DNA from: Dendrobates tinctorius | Lineage: Eukaryota | NCBI RefSeq assembly: GCF_039654945.1 | Contig: NW_027361907.1 | Location: 3,782,001-3,846,000 of the forward strand | Reading direction: 5' to 3' | Length of the DNA: 64,000 bases | Shown: piece after piece, positions 1 to 11,682 of the stretch | Numbering within the stretch: position 1 is the stretch's first letter | Layout of the letters: every line of letters starts with the position of its first letter | Position numbers and translations under genes: made by a program | Notes under the pieces: model-generated | Told to the model about the DNA's origin: nothing | The model's input: only the letters and a program-made list of their open reading frames with translations | The model's database searches: none

Positions 1-852
1 ATTTCCCAAGGGTCGACTTTTCAACTTATCGGTACCTGAACATGATGCTATGCGATCTTATATCAAGGAGTCGTTGGAGAAGGGTCATATCAGACCATCC
101 TCTTCACCTTTAGGTTCTGGGGGGTTTTTTGTGGCCAAGAAAGGTGGCTCATTAAGGCCATGTATTGACTATCGTTCCCTTAACAAAATCACTGTTAAAT
201 ATCAGTACCCGTTACCCCTGATTTCTGATTTATTTTCCAGAGTTAAAAGTGCCTGTTGGTTTACCAAACTTGACCTCGGGGGGCGTATAATCTTATTCGC
301 ATCAAGCACGGGGATGAATGGAAGATGGCGTTTAATACCCCGGAGGGACATTTTGAGTACCTGGTGAAGCCTTTTGGGCTCAATAATGCCCCTTCCGTCT
401 TCCAATCTTTTATGAACGATATTTTCCGGGACTTTGTGGATAAGTTTTTGCTCATTTATTTGGATGATATTTTGATCTTTTCCAGTGAGATTCTCATGTG
501 GAACATGTCCGGACTGTGTTCCGGATTTTGAGGGAAAATACTCTGTATGTTAAGGGATCGAAGTGTCTCTTTGGTGTACAGAGGATTTCGTTTTTGGGAT
601 TCATTTTGTCCCCGTCTGCTATTGAAATAGACTCGGCCAAGGTACAGGCCATTTATGATTGGGTTCAGCCCACTTCTTTGAAGGCTCTCCAGAAGTTTTT
701 GGGTTTTGCTAATTTCTACCGTAAATTTATAAGTAATTTTTTCTGGTATTGTTAAACCACTGACTGATTTGACCAAAAAGGGCGCCAATGTGGTGAATTG
801 GTCTCCAGAGGCAGTCTCGGCATTTCAGGAGCTTAAGCGGAGATTCACTTCT

Positions 853-1824
853 TGTTAGGCATCGGGTTCCTGCAACTGCACAGCAGGGATCCAGAGCCTC
901 ACATCCTGCGGTCTCCCATTCCCCGTCGACCGCAGAGGAGCTTGCTCAGCAGCCCCGTTGTTCCCGATGCTCTGCTCAGACCAGCTCTGTGGGTCTGACT
1001 GTTGCTGCCACCTCTTGGCCAGCAATAGCAGCGCAGGCTGATCAGCAGCAAGTCTCTCCAGAGGCTAAGTCCTCCCATCACTCCACAGAGCATGCTCACG
1101 AGACGATCTCCCATTGGAGATCGGGAGTCACATGCACAGCTCCTTCTCCAGATCTGATTGGTCCATCTCAGGGATCTGGAAGCTTCAGGAAGGTCCTGGC
1201 TATAAAAAGTTCACATGGCCGCTCTGCCATGCGCTAGTATAGATTCTAGTTGCTACCTGTGTGAATGATACGGATGCATGAACCTGCGAATAACTCATTA
1301 AGATTCCACTCCCTCTGAAATTAAGTGTGTGGATAGGGACTTAGTGATAGAGTCAGCGCCAGTCAGTGGCACGCTACAGGCCACAGTGCATATCTCCACA
1401 GAACTAGCGTCCGACAGTGTGCCCCCTCTTGGTCATTGTCGTATAGCGGCTGAGTCAGTCGCCGCGCTGCAGTCAGCAGCACTTGTCGGCGTCCGAGGTA
1501 GCGACGCCGCATGCACAGTAGGTCTAGATGGACACTGACCCTGTGCCTTGGGCCCTAGTCCTGTGACCATATACCATGCATGCATTCCGCTGAGACCTGT
1601 GAGTCCAACAGGCTCGGTATTTATGTTTATTGCTTTGGCGCCTCTGTGAATCAACAGAGTACGCCCAGCGCACCCCGGGTGTCGTTCAACCCGTGTGCGA
1701 TATACCACCATATTGAGTGTCCGCCATTACCTAGCAGCATTGTAACACCTTCTCAATGGTGGACCCCGGGCGGCGAACGCACTTTCTATTATTTATTATT
1801 TAGTGCATTCCGCCATCCCTAACA
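853..1824 (+). mobile_element. Solo LTR (972 bp) inserted into Gypsy pol
   Basis: Starts TGTTAGG and ends CCTAACA (7-bp terminal inverted repeat). Exact 5-bp TSD CTTCT at 848-852 and 1825-1829. The pol frame RFTS|APVLWQPD rejoins on removal. TATAAAA at 1201. Related to the LTR sequence at 35380 and 37488. Confidence 0.93.
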
Positions 1825-2422
1825 CTTCTGCTCCGGTTCTATGGCAACCTGATGTCTCACTCCCATTTCAGGTGGAGATAGATGCTTCTGAGATTGGTGC
1901 AGGAGCCGTTTTGTCCCAAAGATATCCTGTAACTTCTAAGATGAATCCCTGTGCCTTCTTTTCTCAAAAATTTTCTCCATCTGAACGTAACTATGACGTG
2001 GGGAATCGCTAATTGTTGGCCATGAAATGGGCATTTGAAAAGTGGAGACATTGGTTGGAGGGAGCTAGACATCAAGTTGTGGTCCTCAACGACCACAAGA
2101 ATTTGATTTATCTTGAATCAGCCAAAAGATTGAATCCTTGACAGGCTAGGTGGGCCTTGTTTTTCACGTGTTTTAATTTTGTGGTCTCTTTTCTTCCGGG
2201 CACTAAGAATGTTAAGGCGGACGCCCTTTCCAGAAGTTTCTTTGCGTATTTTCTTGATGTGACAGAACCTACTACCATTCTAAATGAGGGTATAGTTCTT
2301 TCCGCCATCTCTCCTGATTTGAGACGTGCCCTGGAGGAATTTCAGGAGGATGAACCTGAACGATGCCCTATGGGAAAATTGTATGTCCCTGACCAGTGGA
2401 GGAAAAGAGTAATGTCTGAAAT

Positions 2423-3140
2423 CTAACTATCTACCTCCTGATGATCGCGTTGAGGTTTTGCCTATCCATCATTAAAATCTGAGTACCCCTCTATTTGTTA
2501 TCAACAAATTGTATATATTGTTGCATTATGGATCAAATGCATGGTTTTGCCTTTCAAAAATATCATTATGTTACCCTAATGCTCCATCAATAGTTATAAT
2601 AGGGCTTTTTTAGGGTAAACCGTCATGGAGCGGGGGCGCCATTCCGCTGACCAGTAGGGTGCCAACCTCCGCTGACAGGAAGGTTATCAAATACAGGGAA
2701 CAGATAGTTAGGTACTTCAATCTGCACATGTCACTTTAATGTCTTGTCTATTTTGCACGATTTGTGCACTTCTTTTTATTGTTGCCTACCAAACTACCTT
2801 ATGGCAACCCCTATACACTCCTTTTCTGAATAATTGAGTGACTATATGTGGCACTTATTCAGGGCTATCTAGGAGGCTTAGGGTACAGCCGTCGTGGAAC
2901 GGGGCACCAATCTCGATAATGTTTAGGGTGCCAACCTCCGTTATTAGGCAGTTTGTGATATCAGGTCCCCATTGTAGGGTGTAGTAGGTGACACGGTTGT
3001 TTGTTTATTAGTGTGTGGTTGTGTTGTCTTATATTTAGACTTTATTAAAGGTTGTTTTTTTACATCTATATCAAATAAGTGTTGTAAGGATCAGTGTTTC
3101 ATCTTGTCTCACGACAATATATGTTTGGGGGCTATCTATT
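2423..3140 (+). mobile_element. Probable Penelope-like (pLTR) fragment with a deleted hammerhead motif
   Basis: ACCTC-CTGATGA-T-CGCGTT-GAGGT at 2433-2456 fits hammerhead stem I, the CUGAUGA box and a CGCG palindrome, but lacks stem II and GAAA. Followed by an AT-rich non-coding tail. Boundaries approximate; no TSD seen. Confidence 0.5.
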
Positions 3141-3368
3141 CCTTTTGGGGTCTGCTCCGGGGCAGTTTAGATTTGACCTTTCTTGCTTTAGGCTTAGTTA
3201 GCTCTCCGGCTGTGCCGAGGTATCTTGGGCATCGTAGGTACGCTCCACGGCTACTGCCAGTTGTGTGGATAGGATCAGGGGTCTGCAATCCGCTTAGTTA
3301 CCAACCTCTCTGGTTTTCTAGTGGCTTAGCCTGTTCCTGCCATCCTACTCGGTGACCCATTCATAACA

Positions 3369-4690
3369 TACTTCCCTTCCAAGCCCTGACGTGTGCCCAT
3401 ACAGTAGTTTTCTCCCACATATGGGGTATCAGCGTACTCAGGACAAACAACCTTTGGGGTCAAATTTCTCCTGTTACCCTTTGGAAAATAAAAAAATTTG
3501 GGACTAAAAGATCATGTTTGTGGAAAGAATATGATTTTTTTATTTTCATGCCCGAGCGTTATAAACTTCTGTGAAGCCCTTGGGGGTTCAAAGTGCTCAC
3601 CACACATCTAGATAAGTTCCTTGGGGGGGTCTAGTTTTCAAAATGGTGTCATTTGTGGGGGGTTTCCACTGTTTAGGCACATCAGGGGCTTTCCAAACGC
3701 GGCATGGCGTCCGATCCCAATTCCAGCCAAAAAAGTCAAATGGCGCTGCTTCCCTTCCAAACTCTGTCATGCGCCCAAATAGTGGTTTACCCCCACATGT
3801 GGGGTATCAGCATACTCAGGACAAATTGCACAATAACTTTTGGGGTCCTGTTACCCTTGGAAAATAAAAATTGGGGGTGAAAAGATCATTTTTGTGGAAA
3901 AAATGTGATTTTTTAATTTTACGACTGTACGTTATAAACTCCTGTGAAGCCCTGGGAGGTTCAAAGTTCTCACCACACATCTAGATAAGTTCCTTGGGGG
4001 TCTAGTTTCCAAAATGGTATCATTTGTGGGGGGTTTCCACTGTTTTGGCACATCAGGGGCTTTTTAAACGCGACATGGCGTCCGATCTCAATTCCAGCCA
4101 TAAAAGGCAAATGACGCTTCTTCCCTTCCGAGCTCTGCCATGCACCCAAATAGTGGTTTACCCCCACAACATATGGGGTATCAGCGTAGTCAGGACAACT
4201 TGCACAATAACTTTTAGGGTCCTGTTACCCTTGGGAAAGTAAATATTGTGGGTGAAAAGATCATTTTTGTGGAAAAAGTATGATTTTGTAATTGTACGGC
4301 TGTACGTTATAAACTTCTGTGAAAACCTTGTGGGTTCAAAGTTCTCACCACATATCTAGATAAGTTCCTTGGGGGGTCTAGTGTTATTTATTAAGTTTTT
4401 TGTGTGCCTTATCTCTGTGATTTAAGGGCATAAAAATTCAAAGTTGGAAAATTGTGAAATTTTCAAAATTTTTGCCAAATTTCCATTTTTTTCACAAATA
4501 AACGCAAGTTATGTCAATGAAAATTTACCACAAACATGACGTACAATATGTCACGAGAAAACATTGTCAGAATCACCGGGATCCATGGAAGTGTTCCAGA
4601 GTTATTACCTCATAAAGGGACAGTGGTAAGAATTGTAAAAATTGGCCCGGTCATGAACGTGCAAACCACCCTTAGGGGTAAAGGAGTTAA
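3369..4690. repeat. About 375-bp internal tandem repeat array and right end of a TTAA-type (piggyBac-like) non-autonomous DNA transposon
   Basis: TCTAGATAAGTTCCTT recurs near 3607, 3980 and 4355. GGGGTATCAGC recurs near 3423, 3801 and 4175. Ends GGGGTAAAGGAG-TTAA; a related end GTGAAGGGG-TTAA is at 7850-7862. Confidence 0.7.
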
Positions 4691-5843
4691 AGTAATATTT
4701 TTGTGGGAAAAAGTAAAATTTTCATTTTTTTCTTTCACCATGCTTTTATTACTGTTAAGCACCTGAAGGGTTATTTAACTTATTTAATAAGGTTTTGAGC
4801 AGTTTAAAGGGTTCAGTTTTTAAAATGTGTCATTTTGGGGTATTTTCTGTCACATAAGCCCCTCAAAGTCATGTCAAATGTGATGTGGACCCTACAAAAA
4901 TTGGTTTTGTAAATTGTGTTGGAAAGGATAGAAATTGCTGATAAACTTTTTACTTTTCTATCTTCCTAGCAAAAAAAAATTGTAAAAATTATCCAGATGT
5001 AAAGTAGGTATGTGATAAATGGTATTTATTAACTATTTGTGTGATCTAACTATCGAGAAAAAAAAAGAAAAATTTCAAAATTTCAAAATTTTCACAAATA
5101 AATATGAAAAACACAGTATCTAATTTTACCACTACCATGAATTACAACATGTTGAAAAAACAGTCTAAGAATCACTGGGATTTGTGAAGTGCTCTAGAGT
5201 TACTGTAACAACCCTGCTGGCATCACTGCATGGCCTCCCATCCCCCGCACACCAACTTACTTTCTGCTTCAAGCCATGCTGTGAATTCTGTCTGTTGCCA
5301 GCCCTGAGCTCCATGTGCTATGCCTCTTTTTTTCCTGCTTGCTCTCCATATTTCCTGACTGAGTGTATAGGGGGGCGGCGCCTGAACTCTATGGTTCTTA
5401 TGCAGTCAGGGTGCACCTGTGTAATATGTCCCTTACCAATCACCTAGAGCCCTTGACTATTTAGTTTCGCCACTCCCACTGAAACATGGCCTGAGCAATG
5501 TCTAAACTCAGTTAGCGCCTTGCTGCTGAGCCAGCCACGCCCTGTCCTATGTCTTGCCTTCTCTGAAGGCTCTTACTGCGTATTCCTGTGTCTTGGTACC
5601 TTGCCTAGCATTTCTCTGTCCGCCTGCCAGGAGGCAGAATATCCTGGTCCTTGAGTCTTGTTCCCAGTGCCTTGTCTGTTCTCTGTCCGCCTGCCAGGAG
5701 GCAGAATATCCTGGTCCTTGTGTCTTTGTCCCTGTGTCTCTGTCTGAACTCAGTCTTACCTCTGTCTGTCAGTCTCCTTGTCTGTGGTTCCTTCTCTGCC
5801 GTGTCTTTCCTTGTGTCCTTCCTATCTGTGCGTCAGCTCCCTG

Positions 5844-6090
5844 GCCGCTCTGCCTGCTTGGCTCCCTGGCCGCTCTGCCTGCTCGGCTCCCTGGCTGCTC
5901 TACCTGCACTGCTCTTTTGCCGCTCTGCCTGCACGGCTCCTTAGCCGCTCTGCCTGCTCGGCTCCTTAGCCGCTCTGCCTGCTCGGCTCCTTAGCCGCTC
6001 TGCCTGCTCGGCTCCTTAGCCGCTCTGCCTGCTCGGCTCCTTAGCCGCTCTGCCTGCTCGGCTCTCTAGCCGCTCTGCCTGCACGGCTCC
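5844..6090. repeat. 25-bp minisatellite (GCCGCTCTGCCTGCTCGGCTCCTTA)n, about 10 copies
   Basis: Units start at 5944, 5969, 5994 and so on. Explains the repetitive ORFs in the track. Confidence 0.93.
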
Positions 6091-6155
6091 CTTGGAGCCC
6101 AGCCTACTCCGCACTCCTATGGCTCTGCCTACGCCGCACTCCTGCGGCTCCGCCT

Positions 6156-6625
6156 ACCTGCACCTCCTGTGTGAACAGGTCCAAACCTGTTCCTTTATAT
6201 TCCACTCCTTCCTGCCTATATCCATACCCACACCTCCTGTGTGAACAGGTCCAAACCTGTTCCTTCATATTCCACTCCTTCCTGCCTATATCCATACCTG
6301 CACCTCCTGTGTGAACAGGTCCAAACCTGTTCTCTCATATACCACTCCTGCTTGCCTTGTGTCTCAAGCCGTCACCTACCTGCCCAGTGTCTCCAAGCCG
6401 TGCCCGCTTGCCTAGTGTCTCCAAGCCGTGCCCGCTTGCCCAGTGTCTCCAAGCCGTGCCCACTTGCCCAGTGTCTCCAAGCCGTGCCCGCTTGCCCAGT
6501 GTCTCCAAGTCGTGCCCGCTTGCCCAGTGTCTCCAAGCCGTGCCTACTTGCCCAGTGTCTCCAAGCCGTGTCTCCAAGCCGTGCCTGCCTGCCAGTGTAC
6601 CAAGCCGTGCCTGCTTGCCCAGTTT
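6156..6625. repeat. 70-bp tandem repeat (about 2.7 copies) followed by 28-bp minisatellite (about 9 copies)
   Basis: CACCTCCTGTGTGAACAGG at 6161, 6231 and 6301. CTCCAAGCCGTGCCC at 6391, 6419 and 6447. Confidence 0.92.
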
Positions 6626-6850
6626 CTCAGCCTGCCTGTTAGTCACACCTGTCTAGGTGACTTGTCCCCGAGTGGGATCAGCACCCACAGCCAGACACCA
6701 CCCTGGAGTGGCACCCGACAGCTACCTGCCGCACAAGCCTGACCTCACCATCAGAGGCTCCAGTGAAGACCAAGGTAGCTGTCGTAGTCACGCCCCTTCC
6801 AGGGTAGCCTGGTTTGTGGCCATTCAGCCAAGGCGTGAGCGTGACAGTTA

Positions 6851-7777
6851 CACTACCGTTCGAAAGGTTACTTAGAAATTTCCTTATTTTTGAAAGAAAA
6901 GCACAGTTTTTTCCAATGAAGCTAACATTAAGGCTACGTTCACACGTAGCGGAACTCTCGCTGAAATTGCGGCGAGAATTCTGGATTCCATTCCGTGGGA
7001 AAATTGCAATTTAAATTCCCGCGATTTTCCCGTGGAAAAACTAGCGTGTTGCAAGCGTAATTAGCTTGCAGAATGCTAGCGTTTTCCAAGCGATCTGGAG
7101 CATCGCTTGGAGAACTGATTGACAGGTTGGTCACACTCATCAAACATAGTGTTTGACGAGTGTGACCAACTTTTTACTACGGATGATGCCTATGGGAGAT
7201 TTGAACAATGTAAAAGGGATGTTGAATAAGGAAGTTTATCATTCCATTTTGCAACGCCATGCCATACCCTGTGGACAGCACTTTATTGGAGCCAATTTCA
7301 TCCTACAACAGGACAATGACCCAAAGCACACCTCCAAATTATGCAAGAACTATTTAGGTAAGAAGCAGGCAGCGGGTATTCTATCTGTAATGGAGTGGCC
7401 AGCACAGTCACCAGATCTCAACCTCATTGAGCTGTTGTGGGAGCAGCTTGACCGTATGGTACGCAAAAAGTGCCCATCAAGCCAAACCAACTTGTGGGAG
7501 GGGCTTCTGGAAGCATGGGGTGAAATTTCTCCAGATTACCTCAGCAAATTAACTGCTAGAATGCCAAAGGTCTGCAATGCTGTAATTCCTGCAAAGGGAG
7601 CATTCTTTGATGAAAGCAGAAAATTATTATTTCAAATAAAAATCTTTTTTTCAAACCTTGTCAGTCTGGACTAGATTTTAAATTCATTTGACAACTCATT
7701 TGATTACCGTAATAAAAGTATGAGTTTTCATGGAAAATAAAATTGTCTGGGTGACCCCAAACTTTTGAATGGTAGTG
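6851..7777 (+). mobile_element. Internally deleted Tc1 element with C-terminal DD34E transposase fragment; contains a Harbinger MITE fragment (about 6932-7195)
   Basis: TIRs CACTACCGTTC... and ...GAATGGTAGTG flanked by TA. ORF 7153-7674 has LQQDNDPKH and WPAQSPDLNLIELLW. Confidence 0.88.
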
Positions 7778-7862
7778 TATTTTCTCATAAAGTGACTTGG
7801 TCAGAATTGAAAAAATAGGCTTGTCAGGAAAATGAAAACAGTCTTTAGGGTGAAGGGGTTAA

Positions 7863-9962
7863 AAGGAACCTGTCACTCGATTCATGCTGTCCAAACCACT
7901 GTAAGCATGACTCAGAGCGTTGCTGCAGATTTCAGAGAAAATTTACAATTTGTATTTTTGATGATTAATTTTATTATTAAACAATTAACATGCTGTCAAA
8001 ATGTTAATAATCCTGAGTATTTATGAACGTAAAAGTGAGGTTTTTCCTTTCTTCAAAGAATATCTATGTGTGCATAATTATTGGGCAGCCATTAGGCTAT
8101 GTGCACACGTTGCGGAATTGCCGTGGAAATTTCTGCGGGAATTACGCAACTCCCTGCCGCGGGAGATACGCTAGAATTCTGCATGTGTAATTCCCGCGTA
8201 TTTCCCGCATTTTAACTAGCGTTTTGCAAGCATAATTAGCTTGCAAAATGCTAGCGTTTTCCAAGTGATCTGTAGCATCGCTTGGAAAATTGATTGACAG
8301 GTTGGTCACACTCGTCAAACATAGTGTGACCAACTTTTTACTATTGAGGCTGCCTATGTGCTTAATGAGCAATTATTTGGGTAGTACCAACCACAGCCTC
8401 TCAGATGCTGTTCAGAGAAGTGTACTGTTTTCATTCACCATAAAACTCTCTTTTCAGAAGAATCCATGAATTCTCAATAGGGCTTTGGCCAGGCGAGGAA
8501 GTTGGCCGTGTTATTATTCTTTCATATTTAAAGCTTTTACTGGCTAGCCAAATAGTAGAGGACTTTGATGCATGTGATAGAGCATTGTACTGCAAAAAAT
8601 CATGGTTTTCTTGAAAGATGCAGACTTTTTCCTGTAGAACTGCATTAAGAAATTGTCTTCTATAAACTGGCAGTAGATTTGGGAGTTGATTTTAAGTCCA
8701 TGTTCAATGTGAAACGGTCCAATTAGCTTATCTTTAGTAATACTAGCCCATAGCAGTACCCCATCTCCATCTTGATGGCATTTGTTGAATTGAAGGTCTG
8801 TGCCCGTTACTGATCCAACCATGGGCCGGTACATCTGGTCCATCAAGAGTCGCTCTTATTTCATCAGTACAAATACCTTTCAAAAATTTGTCTCCAGATA
8901 TTTTTTGGCCCAGTCTTAATGTTTCAACTTACTGTACGTGTCTTGCTCAGTGGTGGTTGGTATTTCTTATCCTTTTAATGTATATCCAATAAATATTAAA
9001 TTTTAGGTCTTCCTGTTTATGATATACCTATTCTCAGAGACTGTACTCATAATATTTACTCTTACTTTTTCAGTGGTGGATGGGATTCAGCCTTCCTTAC
9101 CTTGGCCATGTATCTGAGCACCTTGTAGAATTGGGCACTCCAGAGAGGTTGCAGTTCTGGAAACTGACAGCACTGGAGGATAATGGGTTCCTTGTTGCTT
9201 CACATTTGATTCTTCTCAAATTTCACATTTTTAATAGTTAATGCACATCTTTTTTCTCAACACGTTTTTTCAATCCTGTTGACTTCTTACAACAAAACTT
9301 TTTATCTGAGCAATTTTAAGAGTGATGCATCTCCCATTAAGACTTTAAACAGATTTTGATTATTCAGTGTCGATTAAGTCTCTTTTTTGGTCTATTTTGC
9401 CTAAGGAAAATTATCTGCCCAATAATTCTGCACATCTTGGTAAAGAGTGTTGTTATCTTTATGCCAGAACCTTCCTCATTACCCAAATACACAACGCCTG
9501 ATATTCTTCATGCAATAAGTTTTCATGTTTATACAGCTTGAAGTTGGAAAATATGAATAAAAGTGATGATATGGTCAAAATACTCACTTGCCTAATAATT
9601 GTACACACGGTGAAGCTTGAAGAGCTGGCCAGGTACTATAGTGAGAGAAGTGACTAGTGCAACGGCTAACTTCTCCCCTCACCACTATAGTTGATTGATA
9701 GGTATCTCCTTATGTACATACTGTACATGCCAGAGACATGCCAGTCAAGAAGACTGGTGCGGTGAGAAGCCAGACGGCAACTATTTTGAGAGACTGGACA
9801 AGTCTAGTGCCTCCCCTGGTCTGCTCCTAATCTCTGCTTGCCGCTGCTGCTTTGGTTCCCAGCTGGGTTTTCAGGCGCCAGAACATTTCAGTGAAATACT
9901 TTCTAGACTCTGATTCCTACTGCCAGTAGGGTGGGCAGCATGAATCGAGTGACAGGTTCCCT
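7863..9962. mobile_element. Kolobok/T2-type MITE (TTAA TSD) hosting a nested Tc1-family relic
   Basis: About 28-bp TIR A(A/G)GGAACCTGTCACTCGATTCATGCTG at both ends. TTAA at 7859-7862 and 9963-9966. Confidence 0.85.
8066..9612 (-). mobile_element. Degenerate DD37E (TRT-like) Tc1/mariner transposon with a nested Harbinger MITE fragment (about 8096-8360)
   Basis: TIR-like TGTGCATAATTATTGGGCA and TGCCTAATAATTGTACACA. Minus strand reads GVLLWASITKDKLIGPF..GLKINSQIYCQF, then Q[Y]NALSHAS...SSPGQSPIENSW, with 37 residues between the decayed second Asp and the Glu. Confidence 0.78.
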
Positions 9963-10936
9963 TTAACAATGTGTCCCATAATGTAGTGTTTTTTTATTGC
10001 CTTTGAGCATTCCTTTAACCATACTGAAAACCTGCAGAAACTAGAATTTTGTTATAGTCTTGAATAAAGAAGAAAATAAACTGTAAAATTATTTAAATCA
10101 AATCTGAACTTAAGATATTCACCAAGTTACAGTATTCAACAGCTTATGTTTATTTATTTTTTTATTTTACTCACTTATATAGCGCTATTAACTCCACAGC
10201 GCTTTACAGACATTATCAGCAGTATGTCCCCATTGAGGCTCACAATCTATGTTCCCTATTGGTATATTTTTAGAGTTAGGACTAACTGGTTTTGTGTCTT
10301 TATTTTGCTGTATTTCTTTGGGGTTGTTTAGAATAATTTAGAAACCCCTGTAAAAGTATTTGAAAACTGAAGATAGTGAGGCAGGTTTACTATTTTTGAC
10401 AAATATACAAAATGATACATTTGATGCATATTTGGAGGGTTCCATTTAATATTACATCACTGTTAGACCAAAATTTCTGCCAAAATTTTGGTCCAAATTG
10501 GTGCATGTTAAAACATGCTTGCTGTGCAGCTAATCCATGCCCTCCCGGGAGGTCAAGTCTTCTTTCAAGCCAGCAGTAAATAAAATAAAATCAAAACTAG
10601 ATTTGATAATTTGGTTTAGAATTTGGGGCATTTTTCTCAAAATAGAAGTCCTTTGTCAAACGTACATTTGCCCTATTATCTTTTTTATATTGCGATTAAG
10701 GCGGAAAGTATAATACTTAAATATTCTTAGGGCATTACCTGTTCTGTTTTTTGGAGTTCATGCCAGCATATATATGGTTTGTTTGTGTATCTCTATGGAT
10801 ATGTACATAGATGGTTACATAGACACACTTTCCACTTTGGGGCTCTCACAATGGCAGGCTCGGTAGCATCTCCTTATACTTTTGCCGTTGCTCAGATATC
10901 TTAACCTTGTAATGGATATAGAGTGAAAGTTATTAA

Positions 10937-11682
10937 AGGGGCTCTCCGGTCTTAAGCTACAAGTCTGTAGTCACTCTAAGTGACTGCAGACTTGTGACTT
11001 TTCACGTTGCACACACTGTGGATTCTATGGTGCTGGTGACGGGAGCAGACTGTCATGTTACTGCAAATATGCGATTTACATACTTCTGGCCACATTACAA
11101 CTAGTTTGTATCCGGCCTCGCTCAATGTACTTGCTCTAAATGAGGCCACGCCCATCTAGTTGGCAATCTGCAAATCACATACTTGCGGTCACGGGCCCAC
11201 CACTTCTAGCACGCGATGTGAGGATTCACATTGAGTGACTTCAGACTTGTAGGTTAAAGGCCCTTTTACATTTAGCGATGCACCAGCGATCCGACCAGCG
11301 ATCCCACCCGGTCAGGATCGCTGGTGCATCGCTAAATGATCGCTAGTGAGCTTTCATACAGAAAGACCTCACAGCGATTCAGCAGCGACGCAGCGCACGA
11401 TACTTACCATTCACACACAGCGATCCAGACGTCCTCCCGCCCGCCTCCACGCGTCGCTGGACGTCACAGCAGGAAGTCTCAGCAGGAAGCGCCCGACGAG
11501 AAATGGAGCCGGACATTCTCGCGCGATCAGCGATGGACAGCGGGGGAGCCGGTCGCTGGTAAGTATCACACATAGCGATATCGCTAGCAATATCGCTATA
11601 ACGTCACAAAACCAGTGACGTTTTAGCGATATTGCTAGCGATATCGCTTAGTGTAAAACCCCCTTAAGACCAGGCAACCTCT
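10937..11682. mobile_element. Kolobok/T2-type MITE interrupted by a Harbinger MITE
   Basis: TTAA-AGGGGCTCTCCGGTCTTAAGCTACAAGTCTG on the left; imperfect inverse CAGACTTGTAGGTTAA..GACCAGGCAACCTCT on the right. Confidence 0.7.
11258..11664. mobile_element. PIF/Harbinger-type MITE, 407 bp
   Basis: TAA TSD at 11255-11257 and 11665-11667. TIR AGGCCCTTTTACA / TGTAAAACCCCCT. Many AGCGAT/ATCGCT subterminal motifs. Same family and length as 16472-16878. Confidence 0.88.

Larger units (their letters stand above)
1..3368 (+). mobile_element. Degenerate Ty3/Gypsy LTR retrotransposon (RT, RNase H, start of integrase region, 3' LTR end), 5' part outside the window
   Basis: Frameshifted pol motifs: [84 protein letters not shown]. 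Interrupted by a solo LTR (853-1824) and by unrelated sequence from about 2423. An LTR-like tail ends ...CATAACA at 3368; its assignment to this element is inferred. Confidence 0.88.
5204..6846 (+). mobile_element. Solo LTR-like element (1643 bp) expanded by internal minisatellites
   Basis: TGTAACA...GTGACA ends and exact 5-bp TSD GTTAC (5199-5203, 6847-6851). Its 5' end resembles the reverse complement of 39300-39414. Confidence 0.88.

Noticed and set aside
5844-6625. CRISPR-like repeat arrays
   Set aside because: Head-to-tail repeats without unique spacers, no cas genes, and a vertebrate context.
5554-6742. Cys/Pro-rich ORFs of 60-146 aa
   Set aside because: They are translations of 25-, 28- and 70-bp minisatellites inside an LTR and are open in several frames.
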